Source of the DNA: Solirubrobacteraceae bacterium
Lineage (GTDB): Bacteria > Actinomycetota > Thermoleophilia > Solirubrobacterales > Solirubrobacteraceae
Direction of reading: 5' to 3'
DNA: 64,000 nt
Assembly: GCA_030447275.1 (NCBI GenBank)
Contig: JAUJPF010000001.1
Coordinates: forward strand, 90,999-154,998
The position numbers and the translations under genes are program-made. The notes below the pieces were generated by a model. It searched no databases and was not told where the DNA came from. It saw only the letters and a list, made by a program, of their open reading frames with translations. Below are positions 8,954-19,579 of the stretch, in pieces (the stretch's first letter is position 1; every line of letters starts with the position of its first letter).

Positions 8954-9199
8954 GAGGAGGAGCGGAGCGAAGACGGGCGCAGCGACGACCCCTCTTCCCT
9001 CACCGAGCAGTTCAGACCAGCGCGCAGCCCGCAGAACGAAAGCGCACAGAGCTCGCGGATGCCCAGGAAGTAGCCACTGCGCCGCCGGGTCCATCCGGAT
9101 CTCGGCCAGGCGCTCCTCCTTGTCCGGCACGATGTTCAGCCGGTGGATCCGCTGGAACGTCTGCGGGCCGATGGTAGGACGGAACCCGGCCCGGGCGGC

Positions 9200-9562
9200 T
9201 CAGTCGTCGGGCGCGTCGGTGACGGTGTCCGCGAACGTGAACTCGCGGTCCAGGCGGGTCGCCGCCATCACGCTGCGCACCTGCGGCTGGGCCCCGACCA
9301 ACACCATCGGGGCGTGGGCGGCCGTCGCGCGGCGCAGGACGTTCAGGAGCGCCGCGAGCCCGGCCGAGTCGACGAAGCCGACCCCTTCGAGCTCGATCAG
9401 CAGCCGCTGGGCCCCGGCGCGCAACGCGTCGGCGGCCGGGGTGACGAAGCGCGGCGCGGCGGCCACGTCGAGATCGCCGACGAGCGAGAGCACGTCGGCG
9501 ACGTCCGTATGGGCGTGCACGACCACGAGGTTCCTGCCGTGTCGCAACGAATCCGTTCTCAC
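9200..9562 (-). CDS. STAS-domain anti-sigma-factor antagonist
   Basis: 120 aa with GDLDVAAAPRF ... LIELEGVGFVDSAGLAALL, typical of the SpoIIAA/RsbV family. Confidence 0.85.
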   Translation of the reverse strand: MRTDSLRHGRNLVVVHAHTDVADVLSLVGDLDVAAAPRFVTPAADALRAGAQRLLIELEGVGFVDSAGLAALLNVLRRATAAHAPMVLVGAQPQVRSVMAATRLDREFTFADTVTDAPDD

Positions 9563-9597
9563 ATCCCCAGCAACGCTGGGATCGCACTGAGGTTGGT

Positions 9598-9807
9598 TCA
9601 GACCGCGCGGATCTCACGGCCGTGGGCGACGACCACGTCCCCGGCCCGGATCTGGCGCCCGCGCCGGGTCTCGGGCTCGCCGTTGACGGTCACGCCGTCC
9701 TCGGCGAGGACGACCTTGGCCTCGGCGCCGGAGTCCACGAGCCCGGCCGCCTTCAGGAGCTGGCCGAGGCGGATCGTGTCGCCGCGGATCGCGAACTCCT
9801 CGCTCAC
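9598..9807 (-). CDS. S4-domain RNA-binding protein (YbcJ-like)
   Basis: 69 aa, IRLGQLLKAAGLVDSGAEAKVVLAEDGVTVNGEPETRRGRQIRAGDVV. The GTG start overlaps the upstream stop (GTGA at 9804-9807). Confidence 0.8.
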   Translation of the reverse strand: MSEEFAIRGDTIRLGQLLKAAGLVDSGAEAKVVLAEDGVTVNGEPETRRGRQIRAGDVVVAHGREIRAV

Positions 9808-10424
9808 TGCGCGGGCATCAGCGGCGACCGCGGCCGCGCGGCGAGGCGGCGCGGGGCCGCGAGCCTTTCGAGCATCAGCGCGGTGTCGGCGATGGGGACG
9901 CCTGTCAAATGATTCTCGCGCGCCGCGAAGTCGGCGACGATCGCCTCGACCGCGGTGGCGTAGGCGGACGCGTCGCCGGCGGCGAGCGCCGCGACGGCGT
10001 CGGCGGTGCGCGCGAACGCGTCCGAGCCGGCGCGCATCGCCTCCGCCGCCCGTGCCGCGAGCTCGTCGTCGCCCTCGACGAGCGCCGCGATCCCCAGCGC
10101 GTACGCCGAGGTGGGGGAGCCGGGGTCGCCGATCGCCGAGCGGACGAACCGCGCGGCGGTCGTCGCCTCGCCGGCCAGCACGGCGGCCTTGATCATTCCG
10201 ACGAGCCGGCCGAACGCGTCCGGCGGAGCGACGTCCCACGACGCCCGGTAGCGGTCGGACGCGGCGCGCAGGGCGTCGCGCGCGGCGACGTCGTCGCCGT
10301 CGAGCAGCGCGCGGTGCGCCTCGGCCTCCAGCGTGATCGCCTCCTCGAGGAGGACCTTGTGCTGCTCGGCTTCCACCGCCGAGACGCTATCGGGGAGCGC
10401 GCGCAGGCCGTAGAGTCGCGCCAT
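9804..10424 (-). CDS. Hypothetical all-alpha protein
   Basis: Ala-rich but non-repetitive 206-aa tail of ORF 9804..10820, translationally coupled to the S4 gene. The ATG at 10424 overlaps the divergent start at 10423; a GTG a few codons downstream is an alternative start. Confidence 0.5.
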   Translation of the reverse strand: MARLYGLRALPDSVSAVEAEQHKVLLEEAITLEAEAHRALLDGDDVAARDALRAASDRYRASWDVAPPDAFGRLVGMIKAAVLAGEATTAARFVRSAIGDPGSPTSAYALGIAALVEGDDELAARAAEAMRAGSDAFARTADAVAALAAGDASAYATAVEAIVADFAARENHLTGVPIADTALMLERLAAPRRLAARPRSPLMPAQ

Positions 10425-10950
10425 GAGCGCCACCGAGCAGCACCAGCAGTCGACCACCGAGCAGCGCCTGCGCACGATCTGGCGCGAGCTGTTCGAGGAT
10501 CGCGACCTCGGCAAGGCGTCCGAGTGGTGGTCGGAGCGCACGGTCGACCACTTCCTCGCGCTCGGCGTCTCGGCGACCGGCGCGGCGGAGCTCACGAGCT
10601 TCTTCCGCGAGCTGTTCGAGGCGGTTCCGGACGCGAAGATGCCGATCGAGCAGCTGACGGCCGACGACGACGCCCGCCGCGCCGTCGTGCAGTGGCACCT
10701 CACCGGCACGATGAGCGGCAAGCCGTTCCAGGGGATCGAGCCGCCGCCCGGCCGGCGCGTCGACATCCGCGGCTGCGACGTCTTCACCCTCGACGAGGAC
10801 GGCCGCGTCCTCGAGAACACGATCTACTACGACGCCGCCGAGTTCGCGCGGCAGATCGGGATGCTGCCGCCGCGCGACTCGGCCGTCGACCGCGGGATCA
10901 CGGCGGCGTTCAACGCGTCGACGCGGTTGCGCGCGAAGCTCCGGCGCTGA
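10423..10950 (+). CDS. SnoaL-like ester cyclase / NTF2-fold protein
   Basis: 175 aa. IWRELFEDRDLGKASEWW ... VQWHLTGTMSGKPFQGIEPPPGRRVDIRGCDVFTLDEDGRVLENTIYYD is the classic SnoaL_2 pattern. Confidence 0.8.
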   Translation: MSATEQHQQSTTEQRLRTIWRELFEDRDLGKASEWWSERTVDHFLALGVSATGAAELTSFFRELFEAVPDAKMPIEQLTADDDARRAVVQWHLTGTMSGKPFQGIEPPPGRRVDIRGCDVFTLDEDGRVLENTIYYDAAEFARQIGMLPPRDSAVDRGITAAFNASTRLRAKLRR

Positions 10951-11368
10951 GGGCGAGGCCGCCCGCGAGGAGGACGGCGCCGAACACGAGGAACCCGACG
11001 TCCCATCCGAGCGGGCCGCCGAGGTCGTCGCGCACGTGGTGGATCCCCAGCAGGAAGTGGTTGAGCGCGCCGTCGACGACGTTGAACGCGCCCCACCCGG
11101 CGAGCATCAGGCCGGCGTGGCGGCGCCACGGCGGCGCGAACTCGCCGCGCTGCCACGAGCGGACGGTGAGCGTGCTTCCCGCGAGCACGGCGAGCCACGT
11201 CGCGGCGTGGAAGAGGCCGTCGGCGAGCGTGTTGCGCTCGAGCCCGGCGAGCGAGGTCATCGGATGGTCGCCGGTGCCCGTGAGCAGGTGGTGCCACTGG
11301 AGGATCTGGTGCAGCACGATCCCGTCGACGAAGCCGCCGAGACCGATTCCCAGGAGGAGCGCGGGCAT
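10910..11368 (-). CDS. DUF2243-type integral membrane protein
   Basis: 152 aa with 4 predicted TM helices. GGFVDGIVLHQILQWHH and NHFLLGIHHV are the motifs I associate with DUF2243. Confidence 0.7.
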   Translation of the reverse strand: MPALLLGIGLGGFVDGIVLHQILQWHHLLTGTGDHPMTSLAGLERNTLADGLFHAATWLAVLAGSTLTVRSWQRGEFAPPWRRHAGLMLAGWGAFNVVDGALNHFLLGIHHVRDDLGGPLGWDVGFLVFGAVLLAGGLALSAGASRATASTR

Positions 11369-11374
11369 GCGTCG

Positions 11375-12381
11375 CTAGACGCGAACGCGCAGCATCCGGG
11401 GCCGCGACGCGCGGTTGCCGGCGCCGTCGGTCGCCCGGATCCACACGCGGTAGGTCCCGCGCGGGAGCCGGTCGGTGCGCGCCGCGATGCGGCCGATCGC
11501 CGTGCGCCGGAAGTGGCGCCGGCGGCAGCGGCTCCGGCGGCGGTCGACCCGAGCGCCGCGCACGGCGCGGCAGCGGCGTCCCGCCTGGCGGGCGAGCGCG
11601 ACGTCGACGCTGCGCACGCCGCTCGGGTCGGTGGCGACGACGTCGCGCAGCCGGCTCGCCGCGAACACGCTGCCGGGCGAGCGGCTCGCGGCGCCCGCCA
11701 CGGGCAGGTCGGCCGGCAGCAGCGCGACCAGCGGCGGCAGGAGGTCGAGCTTCGGCAGCGCGGGCAACGCGATCCCCAGCGCGCCCCAGCTCGGGCGGTA
11801 GTCCGCGTGGACGCCGTCGGTGACCGGGACCGCGGCCGCGCCCGGGCTGCCGACGTCGAGGCGGTGGATGGCGCTCCCGCGGCCGTCGGCGCCGCTCTTC
11901 GAGAAGAACAGCGTCGGCCCGAACGGCGACCACGCGATCTCGCTGTCCTGGTCCGAGCGCGGCACCAGCTCGCCGGTGAGGAGGTCGAGCGTGTAGAGCG
12001 TGCCCCGCAGCCCGAGGCCGAGCATCCGCCCGTCGGGCGAGAACGCCAGCGTGAACGGCGCGACCTCGTTCCCGGCGGCGATCACCTCGTGCGACGGCCC
12101 GCCCGCGAGCGGGCGGCTCACGATCGACGCGGGGGCGCCAGGCATGGAGCCGTGGCGCAGGTGGATGATCCGTACGCGATCCGCGTGCCGAGCAGGTCGA
12201 ACGCCGCCGTCTGCGCGTTGTCCAGCACGCGGTGCGCGCCCGTGCCGTCGTCGGCGACCCGCCACACCTCGGCGTGGCACTCGGGCGTGCAGCGAGCGGA
12301 CGTGTAGACGAGCTCCGCCGCCGCGGGCACGGCGAACGCGAGCGTCGTCGCCGCGGTCAGGGCGCAGAGCGGCTCCCTCAT
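11375..12381 (-). pseudogene. Secreted TolB-like beta-propeller protein with Ig-like C-terminus, split by a frameshift near 12170-12175
   Basis: The signal peptide and first blade lie in the frame of ORF 12118..12381 (...LLGTRIAY). The sequence continues as RIIHLRHGS...FSPDGRML...WSPFGPTLFF in the frame of ORF 11375..12280. The frame change fits a 1-nt deletion. Confidence 0.6.
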
Positions 12382-12432
12382 CGAGCCAAGGTTACGAGAC
12401 CCGCTGACGCGCGGTCAGCCGCCGCGGCGCTC

Positions 12433-13296
12433 CTAGTGGTTGACGCGGATCAACCCCCGCAGGATGTGGTGGTCGGACGCCGTGATCGCGTTGTGGACCG
12501 ACCCGTCGAGGACGTCCCAGTCGCGGTTGTTGACCCACGTGTAGTCGATCTTCCCGCGGTCGTGGGTCGCCGCACCGCAGCGGCACGTCTCGAAGCCCTG
12601 GTCGACCTCCTCGAAGATGCCGTGCGCCCCGCCCCCGAACATCGTGTAGTGGTAGAAGCGGTCGAGCTTCTCGGACTGCGGCTCGACGTTGAAGTCGCCC
12701 ATCAGCACGACGCGCTTGCCGTCGTTGGCGAGCGGCTCGACGTACTCCTTGACCGCCCGGATCTGGTCGTCCTTGTAGATCTGCGTGTACTCCGGGAACT
12801 CGTTGTCGATGTGTGTCGTGCACGTGTGGACCCAGACGGCGGCCTCCGCGGTCTTGCAGAGGAGCTTGCGACGCTCGTAGCTCGGATGCGGCAGCTCCTT
12901 GACGTACCGGCTCCCCGCGACCACGTCGCCACGGATGAGGACCGCGATGCCGTAGTCGTGCTCCGGGATGTCGCCGCCGTCGTCGCAGAGCCCGTCGTAG
13001 TGGTCCGTGTCGACCGTCTCCGCGAACTCGCCGTGCCAGGCCGGGGGGAGGCGCGCCATCAGCTCGCGGTACTGGTTCTCGCAGACCTCGTTCAGGCTGA
13101 CGAACTTCGGGTCGTCCCCGGGGTTGATCGTGAGCGAGTCGACGATCGGCCCGACCGGGTCGGACCGGCCGTCCTCCTGCGTGTTGCCCGCCATGTTGAA
13201 GTGCCACGTCTTCCACTGGTGGCTGGCCGCGGCCGTTCCGGCCTGCGCGCTGACGATCATGAGCGCGAGCAGCAGCGCGCGGGCGAATCTGGGCAT
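12433..13296 (-). CDS. Secreted endonuclease/exonuclease/phosphatase (EEP) family protein
   Basis: Signal peptide MPRFARALLLALMIVSAQAGTAAA, WHFNMAGN near the N-terminus, MGDFN and C-terminal SDHHIL motifs. It has 7 Cys residues. Confidence 0.8.
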   Translation of the reverse strand: MPRFARALLLALMIVSAQAGTAAASHQWKTWHFNMAGNTQEDGRSDPVGPIVDSLTINPGDDPKFVSLNEVCENQYRELMARLPPAWHGEFAETVDTDHYDGLCDDGGDIPEHDYGIAVLIRGDVVAGSRYVKELPHPSYERRKLLCKTAEAAVWVHTCTTHIDNEFPEYTQIYKDDQIRAVKEYVEPLANDGKRVVLMGDFNVEPQSEKLDRFYHYTMFGGGAHGIFEEVDQGFETCRCGAATHDRGKIDYTWVNNRDWDVLDGSVHNAITASDHHILRGLIRVNH

Positions 13297-13336
13297 GCGG
13301 CGAGCATCCCACCACCGAGCAGGAAACGCAATGCAG

Positions 13337-13795
13337 TCAGCGGCCGAAGCCGCTGACGAACCGCCTGGCGCTGCCCGCGACCGCGCCCAGCAGCTCGCGG
13401 ACCTCGGACAGGCCGGCGCGCAGCTCGGCGTCGCCGACCTCGACGGGCATCATCGAGTCCTGGAGCGTCGCGAGCGCGCCGTCCGCGCGGGCCACGGCGT
13501 CGACGGCGGAGTCGACGAACCCCTTGACCCCGCGCGACGCGGCGCCGGAGGACGCCGGCGTGAAGTCGCGGCGCGGCAGCCCGTGGCGGTCGGCGAACGC
13601 CGAGTGGGTGCGCCGGGCGCGCCCGTACGCGACCTGGACAGGGCGGAAGATCTCCTCCTCGAGCCTGTCCGCGCTCAGCTCGTCGAGCTGCTCGTAGGCG
13701 TCGCCCAGCGCCGCGAGCGCGACACCGATCTCGTCGATCGCGGCGGCGATCGCGTCGAGCAGCTCCTGCCGGGCCTCGGCGGCGACGTAGGTCAT
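13337..13795 (-). CDS. Hypothetical helical protein
   Basis: 152-aa ORF with balanced composition and GC-rich third positions. No motif recognised. Confidence 0.5.
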   Translation of the reverse strand: MTYVAAEARQELLDAIAAAIDEIGVALAALGDAYEQLDELSADRLEEEIFRPVQVAYGRARRTHSAFADRHGLPRRDFTPASSGAASRGVKGFVDSAVDAVARADGALATLQDSMMPVEVGDAELRAGLSEVRELLGAVAGSARRFVSGFGR

Positions 13796-13804
13796 ACCGC
13801 CACG

Positions 13805-14101
13805 CTAGAGGTCCGTCTGCTTCACCGTCGGGCTGGGGTGGACGCTGACCACCCGCAGCGTCTCGTCGCCAGCGCACTTGAAGCCGTGCGGCGTCTCGGC
13901 GGGGACGGTGACGATGTTCCCGCCCTCGACCGTGAGCTGCTCGTCGCCCGCGGTGAACACCGCCGTGCCGGTCTCGACGACGAACACCTCCGGGTACGGG
14001 TGCACGTGCAGATCGGGGCCGTGGCCGCGCTCGTACGTGGTGACGAAGATCGAGACCGGCGCCTCGTCGCGGCGGTCATCGATGGGGGTGACGGTCGCCA
14101 T
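13805..14101 (-). CDS. Cupin-domain protein
   Basis: 98 aa with GPDLHVHPYPEVFVVETG ... VTVPAETPHGF (cupin motifs 1 and 2). Confidence 0.8.
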   Translation of the reverse strand: MATVTPIDDRRDEAPVSIFVTTYERGHGPDLHVHPYPEVFVVETGTAVFTAGDEQLTVEGGNIVTVPAETPHGFKCAGDETLRVVSVHPSPTVKQTDL

Positions 14102-14170
14102 GGGCGGAGCGTACGTAACGTGGCGGCGAACGCCTCGTTCGATCCGACGCGGCTCGGCTGACCCGTCCCG

Positions 14171-14458
14171 TCAGGCGCCGGCGGGGCGCCGCCTGACGAG
14201 CCACCGGTCGACGACGAAGCCGCCGAACGGGAGCACCGCGCCGGCGAGCACCCACAGCGTCGTCGACCCGCTCCAGCCGAGCCGGTCGCGCAGCCGCAGC
14301 GCGAGGAGCACGTAGGCCACGAACAGCGCGCCGTGGATCGGTCCGAGGACCGTCACGCCGAGCTCGCCCGAGCCCGTGTGCTTCAGGTAGCTCGCGACCA
14401 GCAGCGCGAGGAACGACGTCGCCTCGGCGAGCGCCACGATGCGGAACGGCTTGATCAT
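14171..14458 (-). CDS. DUF3817-type small membrane protein
   Basis: 95 aa with 3 TM helices. FRIVALAEATSFLALL ... GPIHGALFVAYV fits the DUF3817 pattern. Confidence 0.7.
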   Translation of the reverse strand: MIKPFRIVALAEATSFLALLVASYLKHTGSGELGVTVLGPIHGALFVAYVLLALRLRDRLGWSGSTTLWVLAGAVLPFGGFVVDRWLVRRRPAGA

Positions 14459-14476
14459 CGGCTGCCAGTGTGACGG

Positions 14477-16820
<2,344 letters not shown>

Positions 16821-16829
16821 CGACGCGCG

Positions 16830-17240
16830 CTAGGCCTGCTCGATGCGCAGGAAGTTGCCAGCGGGGTCGCGGAACGCGGCGTCACGCGCGCCCCAGGGCT
16901 GGCTCAGCGGCTCCTGCAGCACCTCGACGCCGGGCGCGGCCGCGATCTTCTCGAACGTCGCGTCGAGGTCCTCGGCGCTGAAGTGGAGGGGACGCAGCTC
17001 GCCCTTGGCGAGCAGCGCGGCGACCGTGTCGCCGTCCTCCTGCGAGCGCCCGGCGTGCGGCTGGGAGAGCACGATCTGGATCTCCGGCTGGGTGTCGCTC
17101 GCGAGCGTGATCCAGCGGAACGGGTCGCGCTTCACCTCGTTGCGGACGGTGAGCCCGAGGGTGTCGCGGTAGAAGGCGAGGGCGGCATCGGGGTCGTCGA
17201 CGAGGACGTGCACGGCGCGGATCGCAACGGTCATGGGCAC
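16830..17240 (-). CDS. VOC family (glyoxalase/bleomycin-resistance-like) protein
   Basis: 136 aa. HVLVDDPDAALAFYRDTLGL ... FRDPAGNFLRIEQ. Confidence 0.8.
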   Translation of the reverse strand: MPMTVAIRAVHVLVDDPDAALAFYRDTLGLTVRNEVKRDPFRWITLASDTQPEIQIVLSQPHAGRSQEDGDTVAALLAKGELRPLHFSAEDLDATFEKIAAAPGVEVLQEPLSQPWGARDAAFRDPAGNFLRIEQA

Positions 17241-17244
17241 GAGA

Positions 17245-17700
17245 CTAGGAACGTGCCGGCGCGGATGCTTCTCCGAAACTGCTCGATCGCCGTGTCGGCT
17301 TGCGCGGCCGGGTGAGCACCATCACCTGGCAGCCCGGGATGACCTCGAGCTCGGCGTGGTCGCGGGCGCGGTAGGCGCTCGGCGTCTCGCCGACGACCTG
17401 CGTGAACCGGGCGGAGAACGAGCCGAGGCTGGTGCAGCCGACGGCGAAGCAGGCCTCGGTCACGCTCATGTCGCCGCGGCGCAGCAGCGCGGTGGCGCGC
17501 TCGATGCGCCGGGTCATCAGGTACGAGTACGGCGTCTCGCCGTACGCGTCGCGGAAGCGCCGGCTGAAGTGCGCGGTCGACATGAACGCGGTGCGGGCCA
17601 GCGCCGCGACGTCGAGCGGCCGGCCGTACTCGCGATCCATCCGGTCGCGGGCGCGCCGCAGCCGCCGCAGCTCGTCGAGGTCCGGTGCGCCCACGGTCAC
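17245..17700 (-). CDS. AraC-family HTH transcriptional regulator (short form)
   Basis: 151 aa starting at the GTG at 17700. FMSTAHFSRRFRDAYGETPYSYLMTRRIERATALL and FAVGCTSLGSFSARF are the two AraC HTH units. Confidence 0.8.
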   Translation of the reverse strand: MTVGAPDLDELRRLRRARDRMDREYGRPLDVAALARTAFMSTAHFSRRFRDAYGETPYSYLMTRRIERATALLRRGDMSVTEACFAVGCTSLGSFSARFTQVVGETPSAYRARDHAELEVIPGCQVMVLTRPRKPTRRSSSFGEASAPARS

Positions 17701-18876
17701 AGTGTGCCGGGAACGCTGCGGCGCAGCTGCCGCGTCTCGGGGAGGACGAGGAGCACCGCGGCGAGCGCACCGAAGATCCCGAACGCCACCCAGAGGGAGG
17801 CGCTCACGCCGATCGCCGCCGCCAGCGGCGCCCAGATGACCATGCCGAGCGGATAGAAGGCAAACGAGCCGAACCAGTCGTACGAGCTCACGCGCGAGAG
17901 CGACTCCGCCGGGATCTGCCGCTGAAGCGTCGACTCCCAGACCGACGTCCCGAGCATCAGCCCGATTCCGGAAAGGAAGGCGCTGAACGCGAGCAGCGCG
18001 ACGGGCGCACCCGCGGCGAGGAACGCGGGGGAGGGCGAACAGGCCCTCCACCAGCGCCACGAGGATGAGCGGCCGCAGCGGATCGACGCGCGTCGCGACC
18101 GCGCTTCCCACGAGCGCGCCGACGCCGATCGCCGCGAGGACGGCGCCCCACGCGTCGGCCCCGCCGAGCTCGCGGTCGGCGACGACCGGGCCGAGCGCGC
18201 TTCACGCGGCCCACATCATGTTCCCGAGCGCGAAGTAGCCGACGAAGGTCCAGACCCACCGCCGCGAGCGGAAGGCGACCCACCCCGTCCGCAGGTCGGC
18301 GAGGAACGATGCGCCGCGCTCGCGCGCGCGGACGGGAACGCGAAGTGCGGCGAGGCACGCTGCGCTGACGGCGAACGTCGCGGCGTCGACGGCGATCGCG
18401 GCGCCGGCCCCCAGGGCGGCGACGATCAGGCCCGCGGCGAGCGGTCCGACGATCTCGCCGGCCGAAACCGCGGTCGAGCGCAGCGCGTTCGCCCGCTGGA
18501 GGTGCTCGGCGGGGACGAGCTCGGGGAGCAGCCCGGTCGAGGCGGGGCTGAAGAACCCGGTCCCGAGGCCGGTGAGTGCCGCGGGCACGGCCAGCATCCA
18601 GACCTCCGCGACGCCGCCGATCAGCAGCGCCGCCGTCAGGCCCTGCGTCACGACCCTCAAGAGGTCGGCCGTGACCATGACCGTCCGGCGCGAGACGCGG
18701 TCGGCGACCACACCGCCGACGAGGACGCTCATCACCAGCGGCGCCGTGCGCGCCGCGCGCACGAGACCGACGGCCGCCGCCGAGCCGCCGATCTCGAGCA
18801 CGGCGAACGCCAGCGCCGCGGCCACCATCCGATCGCCGAGGACGGACACGCCGTGCGCGAATGACCGGCAGCTCAC
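17697..18876 (-). pseudogene. MFS transporter (EntS/MFS_3-like) with an in-frame TGA, a frameshift and a truncated 5' end
   Basis: The N-terminal half is ORF 18202..18876. The stop at 18202-18204 sits where TGG would give ...NMMWAAWSALGPVV.... The frame is then lost at the G5/C5 run 18027-18031 (EGLFALP|PAFLAAGAPV...). The C-terminal part is ORF 17697..17957. Confidence 0.75.
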
Positions 18877-19015
18877 CCTCGATCTCGACCCGCGCCCGTG
18901 TCAGCCCGCGTCGCGCGAGCTCCGGGATCACCGAACCGAGGGAGCGGCGTTCCGCGGCCGCGATCTCGCGTGCAGCCGCGACGAGGTCGTCGTCGAGCTC
19001 GACCGTGATGCGCAC
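18854..19015 (-). pseudogene. N-terminal stub of a VapB-type (ribbon-helix-helix) antitoxin, run into the MFS gene
   Basis: VRITVELDDDLVAAAREIAAAERRSLGSVIPELARRGLTRARVEIEGELPVIRA matches the usual VapB N-terminus. There is no stop codon, no C-terminal toxin-binding tail and no PIN gene downstream. Confidence 0.55.
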
Positions 19016-19063
19016 GCGCCTGATGCTAATCCCCACCACCGCATCACGAGCTGACGTCCGCTA

Positions 19064-19110
19064 GGAGCCGGTCGTGCGTGATTCGATGTCGAGAACCTCC
19101 GACCGGCTCC
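19064..19110. promoter_or_regulatory. 11-bp perfect inverted repeat upstream of the YCII-sigma operon
   Basis: GGAGCCGGTCG (19064-19074) and CGACCGGCTCC (19100-19110) are separated by 25 nt, about 55 nt upstream of the ATG at 19165. Confidence 0.3.
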
Positions 19111-19164
19111 GCTCACCAGGCGAAGGGCCACGAGACGCGCGGCCCACGACACCAGGAGACCACG

Positions 19165-19575
19165 ATGCCCAAGTACCTGCTTCTCAAGCACTACCGCGGC
19201 GGCCCCGAGCCGCACCATCCCTTTCCCCCGATGGACCAGTGGGCGCCGGAGGACGTGGAGGCGCACATGGCCTTCCTGCGGCGCGTCAGCGAGGTGCTCG
19301 AGGAGAGCGGCGAGTACGTCGGGGCGCAGGCGCTCACGCCGAAGCGCACCTGGGTCCGCTACGGCGGCCCGGACGCCGCGCCCGTCACCACCGACGGCCC
19401 GCACCCCGAGACCAGCGACCTCGTGGCGGGCTGGTACATGATCGACGTCGAGTCGTATGAGCGCGCGCTCGAGATCGCGGCGTTCGTGTCCTCGGAGCCC
19501 GGCCCCGGCGGAGAGCCGCTGTACGAGTGGATCGACGTCCGGGAGGTCATGTCCGGGGCGCCGTCGGAGGGCTGA
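19165..19575 (+). CDS. YCII/DGPF-domain protein
   Basis: MPKYLLLKHYRGGPEP... ; ATG preceded by AGGAGA. It has the usual position directly upstream of a DUF6596-type sigma factor. Confidence 0.75.
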   Translation: MPKYLLLKHYRGGPEPHHPFPPMDQWAPEDVEAHMAFLRRVSEVLEESGEYVGAQALTPKRTWVRYGGPDAAPVTTDGPHPETSDLVAGWYMIDVESYERALEIAAFVSSEPGPGGEPLYEWIDVREVMSGAPSEG

Positions 19576-19579
19576 GCCC

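Noticed and set aside
8504-9199. Protein-like stretch in frame directly after the STAS stop codon (…TIGPQTFQRIHRLNIVPDKEERLAEIRMDPAAQW…): possible TGA read-through or a gene remnant
   Set aside because: There is no start signal, no recognisable family and no independent support. The frame then runs antisense through the VOC gene. It is kept only as a note inside the intergenic-repeat finding.
14076-14476. C-terminal 330 aa of the 914-aa ORF 14076..16820
   Set aside because: After ...CPTCNGAG the translation becomes Arg/Pro junk. The real UvrA C-terminal half is in ORF 14477..15049. The tail also overlaps the DUF3817 and cupin genes.
17957-19039. 360-aa minus-strand ORF
   Set aside because: Only its first about 60 aa (the VapB-like RHH) look like protein. 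The rest is an out-of-frame read through the MFS gene.
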